Shown here one piece after another: positions 24,161-34,171 of a stretch of DNA of 64,000 nt; positions within the stretch are counted from its first letter, which is position 1, and the number at the start of each line of letters is the position of its first letter. This DNA is from Leucoraja erinacea (lineage: Eukaryota): assembly GCF_028641065.1 (NCBI RefSeq), contig NC_073386.1, positions 16,492,001 through 16,556,000 on the forward strand, given 5' to 3'. The notes below the pieces were generated by a model. It worked only from the letters and a program-made list of their open reading frames with translations. It had not been told where the DNA came from and did no database searches. The translations under genes were made by a program, and so were the position numbers.

Positions 24161-25504
24161 CCACCCAAACACTCATAGTCATACAGCTCGGTTTCAAGCC
24201 CTTCACCCAATTGGTCCGTGCCAACCAAGATGCCCATCTAAACCAATCCCATTTGCTCTCATCTGACCTGTCACCCTCTAAACCTCTCCTATCCAGATAC
24301 TTGTCCAAATGACTTTTAAATGTTGTTATTGTACCAGCCTCAACTATTGCCTCTGGCAGCTTGTGCTCTATATGTCTGAAAGTTGCCCCTCTTTCCCAGA
24401 GGGTGTTAATAGATAGTGTGAATCCACAGTCTTTTATCCAGAATAGAGGAATAGAGGATGATAGGTTTAAGGTGAGAGGAAATGTAGATGTCGATGTATT
24501 CTATATAACATAACATCCACACTCGTGCCTTCACTGGTGAAACTCAATGTCCTTACTCTTTGGGCTTGCTTTATTTTTCACCACTAGGTGGTGGAAGATG
24601 TCTACTCTTTTCTCTGCAAATTCTCCCAGGCAGAAGAACCACTCTGGTAGTAGTAATGTGCAGTGATATTATACAGGATCCAGGAAGAGCATGCTCTGCT
24701 TACTCTAAAAGCAAATCTATTCAGCACTGTCTGCTTTACTGTTGTCCTGTATTATCTTTCAAAGAAGAAAATATGCAAATATGGTTGACCTTGAAGAACA
24801 TAAGAGAAAATAAATGGAGGAAGAACAAGACTAATCGCACCTTAATCTGCCACTTAACAATGGCATGGTAATATTTTGCAGCTGCATTTTCTTGTTCTAA
24901 CATTTTACTGCTTGATTCCTTTCATATCCAAAACATTATCAGTCTCTGTCTTGAATATAATCAATAACTGGACCTCTGCAGTCATCATAGGTAGAGGATT
25001 CTGAGATTCTCGATCCTTGGTGAAGATTTTGTTTCTCATCTCAGTCCTGAATGGCCATCTCCTTCTTTTAAGCCTATCATTCCAGACTTCCAAACAAGGG
25101 GAAAGATCCTACTAATAAGTCTCATGAGAAATCCAGAAGTTTCAACACGATCACCACCCCCCAACTTCCCTCCTCTAGGTCCAGTCTGCTTAACCTCTCC
25201 TTATCGGAGAAGTTCCACCCCACCTCCCCACCCAAGGAATCGTTCTGGTAAACCATTGTGGCATTTACTCTGTGTAGAACAGTGTCACTCATGCTATGAG
25301 TCATACTGTGGCTCTGCCCACTGACTTAATAGAAAGCCCTTTTCCCCTTCTTTCCTAGTCTTGAGTTGTTTGTTAAGATGAAGTTACCTATGCTGTATTG
25401 TTAATAAAAGTCTTTGGATCTTAATCACTGTGTGTGAGTTAAGTCAATCCAACACTGTGTCTCAGGTATATTGGATACGAAGACCTGATCATTACAGACG
25501 TCAG

Positions 25505-25770
25505 AAAATAGACAAAAAACCCTGGAGTAACTCAGCTGGACAGGCAACATCTCTGGAGAGAAGGAATGGGTGACGTTTCGGATCAAGACCCTTCTTCAAA
25601 CTGAGGGTCAGGGAAGGGAGAAACTCGAGATATGGAAGGGTACAAAGAGCATGTAAGGTGTGAAAAGGACAGATCAAAGCAGACGTTGAACAAGGAAATG
25701 TACAATGGTTTATTGTTGGCTGAGGAGAAGGTGACAACGAGGCATACAAACAGTAAAATTAATCAGGACC
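25505..25770 (-). mobile_element. Penelope pseudo-LTR
   Basis: ctggagtaactcagc...gacgtttcggatcaagacccttcttcaaactga. Confidence 0.8.
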
Positions 25771-26097
25771 TTTATGCAGGTCACTCAACGGTTCAATGTT
25801 TTTTTATTGTCACGTATGTATTGCACAGTGAAATTCTTTTGCACAGCTCACAAATGCTCCAATGCCATTTTTGACGCTGTTTCCAAAGAAAACATTCCAA
25901 AGTCCAAAGTGTGGTCCACATGCTGAAAGTACTGGAGCCTCCCAAATCCAGGTAAGCTCAGGTAAGCGCCAGGCTGTTGGAGGACCATAGCCTGGCGTCC
26001 CTCTCCTCTCCAGACCGCCTTCACCATAACCCTTTATAATTTCAGTATCAGTTCAAAATGCTTTTCCAAGAAACTTGTACTCTTTAAATGTAGAAAC

Positions 26098-26490
26098 TTA
26101 TAGAAACTTACAAAATTCTTAAGGGGTTGGACAGGCTAGATGCAGGAAGATTGTTCCCAATGTTGGGGAAGTCCAGAACAAGGGGTCACAGTTTAAGGAT
26201 AAGGGGGAAATCATTTGGGACCAAAATGAGAAAAACATTTTTCACACTGAGAGTGGTGAATCTCTGGAATTCTCTGCCACAGAAGGTAGTTGAGGCCAGT
26301 TCATTGGCTATATTTAAGAGGGAGTTAGATGTGGCTCTTGTGGCTAATGGGATCAGGGGGTATGGAGAGAAGGCAGGTACAGGATACTGAGTTGTATGAT
26401 CAGCCATCATCATATTGAATGGCGGTGCAGGCTCGAAGGGCCGAATGGCCTACTCCTGCACCTATTTTCTATGTTTCTATGTTTCTATGT
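26098..26490 (+). mobile_element. CR1 LINE 3' end
   Basis: LDRLDAGRLFPMLGKSRTRGHSLRIRG...; (tttctatg)n tail. Confidence 0.92.
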
Positions 26491-27231
26491 ATGCTTACCA
26501 TTTTCCTCAAATGCTGTTTTATGCAGCGAAGGTTGGTAAATAAAGAGAGTGACATTCCAAACACTCATTGGGCTTGCTTTAGTTTTCACCACTAGGTGGT
26601 AGAAGGTGTCTACTTTTGCCCAGCGCAAAGTCTCTCTGGAGTCTCTCAAGAAGAACTGCTCTGGTCGCTATGGGCAGCGATATTACACAACATCCAGGAA
26701 GTCTGCTGCTATGCATACTTCAAAAGTAAATTTTCTCAATGCTGTCTAATGTAATCTCTGCTTCAGCCAAACGCTGAAAATCATGAACTCATCTGGCAAA
26801 AAAAAGTTACATAAAAGTCAGGGTTGTTGAAAGTCTTGATCAAAGTAACCAATTGTGAATGTATGTGAGTTTAATACATTTTTAATGAGGAATTTAACAA
26901 CAATCAAGGGAACAGAATGACATAAAATTACATTTAACGTGAGAAAAGAGATGGTCTTCCAAATAAATATTAGTACCATTTGGATAATAATGGCTGCAAA
27001 CTAACAACATGACTATTGCTGAGCAATAATTATTTGTATGTCTCATCATCAGGGATCAAATTTGTTGAGAGTAATTGGAAAATGACTAAATGTACAAGCA
27101 GATGAATGAAGTAGGTAGAGTTTTTCTGGATTGACAGTTTTAGATTTCCTGCATCTGCAGTGATTTGATTTCTGCCTAACTAAAGTTAACATATTACACT
27201 GCAAATAATTCTCTGTGGTTGATTACATATA

Positions 27232-27540
27232 TTTAGTTTAGTTTAGAGACACAGCATAGAAACAGGCCCTTTGGCCCACAGAGTCGACATCCACCATCGA
27301 TCACCAGTTCACACTGGTTCTACATCCTCCCACTTCGCACCCACTTACTTCACACTACAGCCAATTTAAAGAGGTTAATAAACCTACAAACCTGCACATC
27401 TTTGGGATGTGAGAGGAAACCCATGCAGTCACAGGAAAATGTACAAACTCCATACAGACAGCACTCGAGGTCAGGATCAAACTCTGGTCTCTCATTCTGT
27501 GCGATAGTGGCTCTACCAGCTGCGCCATGGTGTTGCCCAA
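27232..27540 (-). mobile_element. tRNA SINE
   Basis: Antisense head gggcaacaccatggcgcagctggtagag; tttagtttag tail. Confidence 0.8.
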
Positions 27541-27594
27541 CCTTGTTGTTCATGGTGCTGCCCAACCTTGTTGTTCATGGTGCTGCCCAACCTT

Positions 27595-28290
27595 CAGTAT
27601 GGCCTTGATTATGACATAAAGTATAACGCTAAGAAAAGCCGCATAATGATAGTTAGAAGCGCTGAGGACAGGAAATCAACTTTTCCGACCTTTTATTTGT
27701 CAGACAGTCCTCTTGCTGTGTGTGAGGAAATTAAATACCTAGGTCATGTCATATCCGATGACTGGACGGATGACAAAGACCTCTACCGACAGCGCTGTAA
27801 AATTTATTTTCAAGCTAACATACTTATAAGGAAGTTTTCTATGTGCTCTGACTGTGAAGTTTTCCTTGTTCAGAACCTATATCACACCGTTATATACTGC
27901 TCAATTGTGGTCTAACTATAAGAAAAAGAGTATGCAGAGGCTCAAGGTAGCATACAATGATGCAATGAGGTTGCTGCTTCGTGTCCCTAGGTGGCATAGT
28001 GCCAGTCAATTGTTTGTGTCCACTAGAGTGCCAACCTGTGGGGCACTCTTAAGACAGCTGATGTTTAGTTTTATGTGTCGCCTGGACAAGTCAGAGAACC
28101 ACATAATTGAAGCCCTAGTCAGCCCTCTAAAAAGCTGCTATAGATTCACTTCTAGGCTAAGATGGCATTGGTGCAATAGCTTGTATATCTTATAGGCTAA
28201 TATGCAATTTTTAATGTATTTTTTGTATCTCCTTATACTGTATGATGTGTTATATGGACCTGTGTCTGAAATAAAGCTTTTATTATTAAT
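27595..28290 (+). mobile_element. RTE-X-like LINE 3' fragment
   Basis: IKYNAKKS...IKYLGH..DDKDLYRQ...ANILIRKFSMCS / KFSLFRTY..PLY.AQLW...RLKVAYND.MR; one frameshift; aataaa + (tta)n tail. Confidence 0.75.
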
Positions 28291-28322
28291 GGCTGCGTTT
28301 GAAACTTTTCTAATTGTTACTA

Positions 28323-28376
28323 GGGGTGAGAGATTGCAACCTTCACGTGGTCCACCCTGTTTTGACTAATGCAATC
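28323..28376 (+). ncRNA. HDV-like (CPEB3-type) self-cleaving ribozyme, minimal P4
   Basis: P1 ggggtga/ccaccct (G1-U wobble), P2 gattgca/tgcaatc, P3 acc/ggt, L3 ttcacgt, G28359 for P1.1, J4/2 ctaa with catalytic C28366. Confidence 0.8.
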
Positions 28377-28459
28377 AACCCGACGTGCACAAACAAATAG
28401 ACCAAATAGAACAAGTTGTCCTACAACTTTAGGTTGTGCACACCATACGCTAGAAGAAG
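28323..28459 (+). mobile_element. Short non-autonomous retroposon (ribozyme head, ccatacg + GAA-repeat tail; Ingi/Vingi- or RTE-like)
   Basis: 11-bp TSD aatt(g/a)ttacta at 28312-28322 and 28460-28470; tail ccatacgctagaagaaga. Confidence 0.75.
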
Positions 28460-28810
28460 AATTATTACTAATCCTGCCCATAACATGACAATGCTGGAAT
28501 AACATTTCAGTATCTACTCAGTGGTTTCGAAGAGACTCGCAAAAAGTAACATCAGGAAAATTCAAAACCTTGCTTCTTTTAGTAATCTTGATACCAAGTG
28601 TGTATTATAGGAATTCACATGATAGGTTTTTATAGTGAGCAGGGGCTTAATTGAACATAGAACATTGAAATGTACAGCACAGGAGCAGGCTCATTGGCCT
28701 GCAATGTCTGTGACGAACATGATGCCAAAATTAACTAATCACATCTGCTGTACATGATCCACATGCCTCAATTTGCTGCATATCCATGTGCCAATCTAAA
28801 AGCCTCTTAA

Positions 28811-29841
28811 TATGTATGTTACAAAACCTACCTGAATCGTGGTTGAGAATCTGCCCCACCCCGTGTGCGCAATTTTGGCACTGTTTAGAGGGGGCGGGTT
28901 TAAAACGCGATTTTTACTAGGCTGTTGCAATCGAAAATGTTCAGCCTAGTAAATCATTAACGGAAAATCGCTGAAAGACCCCGTCGCAAAAGGTATTATT
29001 AGTTTTTATGGCCTTGTATAATAGTTATAGTAGTTTAAAAATCACTCTCTAAACCCGCGACCTCTCGCAGCCCCAGGGTTTTATAAAGCAAACAATTAAA
29101 AGTATGTACCTTATTTTTACATTAAAAGGGGCTTCTTAAGAACCCTGTAATAAAGTTTTCTATAGCGAGTAACTCATTTTGGACTCTTTATATCCCGCAG
29201 TATTTTTCTGGGCATTTGAGGGCATAAATCCAGCGCAATGTGAACGTTCTAAACCAGCGCGTTCACAGGATTCCACTAGAAAGCTGATTTAAAATGGACT
29301 TTAATTTACAGCAATTGAACACTAAATTCCTTCCATTTGGCCTATAAATTGATGTAAATGAGATTTAAAAATCATGTTTTATTGTGAATTATTTGTGAAT
29401 ATTATTTGGACACTTAGGCTATTTAAAAATGTTAATCATTTATTAAGAAATGGATAGATGTTTAGATCTAGTAATTGAAGTTTGAAATTAGGTACAATTG
29501 GGTAAATTATATGCTTTAATTTCAGGTCATCCAAGTAAGATTATTTTATATTTGTTTCAGAATGGTTCAATCTATGATAACTGAAAATTTCATTCAGTTC
29601 TCTTAATTTTTAAGAAAGTTATGGGCTTTTGACTGTTCACGATCACAGCTTTTTTGTTATGTCCATAGAAAATCAATAGGGAACAAGATGCTAATTTCCG
29701 AGTATGAAAATGGCCATAACTTTTTATTACTTGAGATATGAAAGTGAATTAGGTGTCAAATTAAACTTATTTTTATGCTTTATCTGATGGGATAAATTGC
29801 AGACTTGATTTTTTAAATCTCAACATTTTGTAACATTGCTA
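28811..29841. mobile_element. Non-autonomous DNA transposon (hAT-like), about 1.03 kb
   Basis: TIR core atgttacaaaa (28816-28826) / ttttgtaacat (29826-29836); TSD ctcttaa(t) at 28804 and 29842; splits a CR1 tail. Confidence 0.75.
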
Positions 29842-29886
29842 CTCTTAATTACCATGATCATATCTGCTTCCACCACCACCATGCAT

Positions 29887-30195
29887 GTGGCACAGTGCCA
29901 CGTGGTAGAGTTGCTGCCGCACGGCACCAGAGACCCAGGTTTGATCCTGACTACGAGCACTGCCTTTGTGGAGTTTGTGCGTTCTACCTGTGACTGCGTG
30001 GGTTTTCTCCGGGGGGATCCAATGTCCTACCATATTCCAAAGGCTTGCAGGTTTGTAGATCCATTAGCTTTGGTAAAAATTATATATTGGTCCCAGTGTG
30101 TAGGATGGGTTAGTGTATGGGGATCGCTGGTCAGCGCGGACTCTGTCGGCTGAAGGCCCTGTTTCCACATTGTATCTCTAAATGAAACTAAACCA
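29887..30195 (+). mobile_element. tRNA SINE
   Basis: Head gtggcacagtgccacgtggtagag; tail tgtatctctaaatgaaactaaac. Confidence 0.85.
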
Positions 30196-31189
30196 TCCCT
30201 GGCAACACATTCCAGGTACCCACCACCCTCTGTATAAAAATACACCTTGCATATTTCCTTTAAAATGTGTCCATCTCACCTTAAAGATGTCCTCTGGATA
30301 AAAGGTGGAGTGAAATGGAAGTCCAAAACTGGCCGCTGCATTTTCAGATCTAACTGAGGTTGCTTGTTTCAAAATGCATTTATTGTTATTTTCCAGAAAT
30401 AGGATGCATGGAAACACAGCAGATTTTACAGCTGCTATATGATAAACTCCACTATCACAAAAGGTGCTTATGCAGTATACTGGTTTTATTTCTCTTGTAA
30501 AAATCTTGTCCTTATTCAAGAAGCCGCCAGTATATTTTACAGAATTGGGAATGGTGAAGGGAATAAAAGAGCAAGTGAAGGTGATGAACAGAGTGATCTT
30601 TGTCTTGTCCTTGAAATGTAAGAGTAAGAGTCAGAGAAAAGAGACGTAATATCTTAAAAAATCATGTCACCAGCAGTGAAATATTGCTTTCATGAAATTT
30701 TAAAGAGCAAAGGATTTTGTTAAGGAAAGACTATCAATTTCTGACAATTTATCGACTCAATTGCAGCATGCAAATCCTGGCCACTGCGATTTCACTTAAT
30801 ACAGGAAAAGTCTTTGATCGGGCAGGATGAAGGTAAGTACATTGCACTGTGATGTTCTGGACTGAAGGCACCTACGTCGTGTACAATTAAGTGCTACATT
30901 CAAATCACTGAGAGCTGCAAAACCTCACCTCTGTCTTTCAGTATGAAAGGGAAATAGCTGAATGGCTTTCTCACCTACTGCAATCAGTAGTAGTAATAAT
31001 TGGATAAATAGGAGTAACTGTAATCCTGCCAACAGGCAGTGCTATAGAATCAGAGCAATAATTCCTTATATTATTGGGAAGAGACGTGTGCATTGGTACT
31101 GGTATTGGATTATTATTGTCACATGTACCAAGATACAGTGAAAGCTTTCTATGCAATTAAATCAGATTATATATTCTATACATCGTGAG

Positions 31190-31550
31190 TACAAAATCAT
31201 GAGAGGAATAGATCGGGTAACCATACAGAGTCTCTTGCCCGGAGTAGGGATATATGAAAACCAGAGGACATTGGTTTAAGGTGAGGGGGAAAGATTTACT
31301 GGGAACCTGAGGGGTAACAATTTTTACACAAAGTGTGGAGGGTGTATAGAACAAGCTGGCAGAGGAGGTAGTTGAGGCAGGCATTATTGTGACGTTTAAA
31401 AAACATTTTGACTGGTATATGGATAGGGTAGGTTTAAAGGATTATAGACCAAATATAGGCAGGTGGGACTAGTTTAGATGGGGCATGTTGGTCGAGGTGG
31501 TCAAGTTGAGCCGAAGGGCCTATTTCCACGCTGCATGACTATGACTCTAA
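31190..31550 (+). mobile_element. CR1 3' end
   Basis: ccagaggacattggtttaaggtgagggg...gccgaagggcctatttccacgctg...(atgact)n. Confidence 0.85.
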
Positions 31551-32307
31551 ATATACATCAGTATAATCAAACCATTAACAAATACAATAGATAGTGCAAC
31601 AGGAATAATGCCCGAGTGCAGTATAATTTGAAATAGAGATTTAAAAGAGTGGAAATATAGTATTGCATGATAGCAGATCTTCAGCATGCAAGTGTCAACA
31701 TGCTCTGGTGTCTTCTTGCATGTAGGCTGATGTAAGCATGAGTGTGTAAGTTTGAATCAGAGTTAGATTTGTTTATTGGACTAAGATTCATTTTTTGATA
31801 TATATATATACCAGCGTGCAATGACATTCCATTTGGCACGAATCTCATCGAGTGCACATCGTCAAGTTTATTTTTACATGCACATGTACAGTGAGGTACT
31901 GATACAGACAGCTGCAGGAGCTAAAATGCTTTCCATAAGGATGATCAGAAAGCAGATAATTATAGCAGTCAATGGCCAGAATCAGGTCTGAAGATTTGGA
32001 TGATCATTTGACAAAGCACCGTACAGCACCTGAACAGGTCTTTCGGCCACAACATCTGTGCCGACCATGATGCCGATGTGAACTGCACATCTGCCTGCAT
32101 GTGGTGTGTATGCCTCAATTCCCTGCCTGTCCATGGGTCTCGCTAGGTGCATCTTTAATGTTGTGATCATATCTGCCCCCATTACTTCGGGGAGAAGGCA
32201 GGAGAACGGGGTTGAGAGGGAAAGATAGATCAGCCATGAATGAATTGCGGACCACACTTGATTGGGCAAATAGCCTAATTCTGCTCCTATGACATGAACT
32301 TCTCTTT

Positions 32308-32654
32308 TTTTGTCCATTTATTAAAAAATAATAGTTACACTCCAATAAACCAAGCCAGAACCCACCACCATAATACAATACAAACATATTCATAATAAAC
32401 TATTATACAATTATGATACAATCCTTAGTGAGGATATATTCTACACCCTGCGGAGCCCAGCGGTCCTGGAACTCCCTCACGGTGCCCGTGTACAGGGCGT
32501 ATTCCCTTTCTAACCGCACCCGGGCACGGACGTATCCTCGGAAAAGGGATAAAGCCCTCCACTGTCTGGCGCCTTGACTCGCAGATGGCCAGCTTGGCCA
32601 GGCCCAGGAGCAACTCAACCAGGACATCTTCAGCCCTACCCTCTCCCCTATGCA
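32308..32654 (-). mobile_element. Tx1/L1-clade LINE 3' end
   Basis: EDVLVELLLGLAKLAI.ESR / LFRGYVRARVRLE...FQDRWAP; aataaa + oligo-A; 14-bp TSD atgaacttctcttt (32294-32307, 32655-32668). Confidence 0.8.
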
Positions 32655-33308
32655 ATGAACTTCTCTTTGCAGGGTGTTTCAAACATCTACCACTCTCTGT
32701 AAAGTGAAGAGAACTTCATAAATCTCCTTTAAACTGAACCCTCTAGTATTTGACATTTTCACCCTGAGAAAAACACTTTGACCATACCCTTATTTAGGTC
32801 TCTCAAAATTGTATATACCTCTATCAGGTCTCTCCTCAGCCTCTGATGTTCCAGTGAAAACAACCAACCTCTCCTTAAGATGATAATCTCTAATCCAAGC
32901 ACCATCCTGGAAGAACCTACGCTGCAAGCTCTCCAAACTTAAAGTTTCTAGTCCAGTATGTGTGAAAGGATCTTTGGTACCACTACAAGTTATGTTACAA
33001 AGCTCTTGTGTTGTCAGCCTATCGGCTTTATGCTGGCTCTTCCAAAGTTGTCTCTGCTTTTGCTGGGTTTTGAAATTAACATTCCTGAAATGCAGTAACA
33101 CGTGAAACAATAGTTGTTTTCTCATGTACTTCAAACCTTGAGTTGATGGATCCGTTGCTAATCAACTTCACATTATGTTGCAGCTAATTTTAATATCTTG
33201 TTTTAGGGCATTCAGGCTTTCCATTTCCTTATGCTCCAGATAAAGTCATGCATGCTATTATCAACACTTTGTACTGGTGGTCAATATCTAAGGGACATAG
33301 TGAGGTGG

Positions 33309-33726
33309 TGTTGTGTTCGACGAATCACTGGATTCAGACAACTGAGTTTTTGATTCACAAGTAATTTATTACACTACTAAATAAGGCACATCTTACCACG
33401 TATCCCCGAATATCCCTGAATGCACTCGCAAACCCCGAGTACACAGCAGAGCACGCCGTAGGATGTTTCTAAATACACTCACATAAACCTGTACACACTC
33501 GTAAACTCATCAGAGCATGCCACAGGGTGTTTCTGTTCTTGATCACGTGGCTCCGTTTGCAACACGGTCCAAGACTGGGGTTCTCTCACCGAAAGGACGC
33601 CCAACACTATCCATTGTGGCATTTCTTATCAGAGCAGACTGCGCCACACTGAGTCTGACAACCAATACAGGTCCTGCCCAGGTGACGACAGGGCTCCGTC
33701 TCTGACCACTGTCCGTACCCTGAACA
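33309..33726 (-). mobile_element. Solo LTR (418 bp)
   Basis: TGTT...AACA termini; 5-bp TSD ggtgg/gttgg; AATAAA on the minus strand at 33365-33370 near the 3' end; CpG-rich interior. Confidence 0.65.
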
Positions 33727-33770
33727 GTTGGTAAGTCAGGAAATTAAGCCAACCAAGGGCAATGTGTTGT

Positions 33771-33927
33771 GTAGGAAGAAACTGCAGATGCTCGTTTAAG
33801 CCGAAGATAATAGACACAAAATCCAGGAGTAACTCAGCGGGACAGGCAGCATCTCTGGAGAGAAGTATTGGGTGACGTTTCGGGTCGAGACCCTTCTTCA
33901 GACTGAGAGTCAGGGGAAAGGTTTTCC
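33771..33927 (-). mobile_element. Penelope pseudo-LTR with intact hammerhead-like core
   Basis: Reverse complement of 33874-33901 is ctgaagaagggtctcgacccgaaacgtc; 11-bp TSD caatgtgttgt. Confidence 0.85.
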
Positions 33928-34034
33928 CAATGTGTTGTTAACTCAACCATTCCAATATTGCCACAAACTAAGTTCCTCCAGGGCATTTGGTGCCCATAGT
34001 CCCATAGCAGCCAGCAAATCTATCCTCCCTATTT

Positions 34035-34171
34035 CCCAAATTGGAACTGGAACTTTGGTTCTTGTTTGTATGTCCCTGCAGCACTCTCTCATTATTAATA
34101 TTGGAATTGCTACTTTCATATATGGTCGGTGGAAACTCTCACAAGAACCAAAGTTCCAGTTCCAATTTGGG
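34035..34171. repeat. Perfect 31-bp inverted repeat with 75-bp spacer
   Basis: cccaaattggaactggaactttggttcttgt (34035-34065) / acaagaaccaaagttccagttccaatttggg (34141-34171). Confidence 0.95.

Noticed and set aside
27526-27594. CRISPR-like repeat
   Set aside because: Head-to-tail repeats without spacers, in a eukaryotic context with no cas genes
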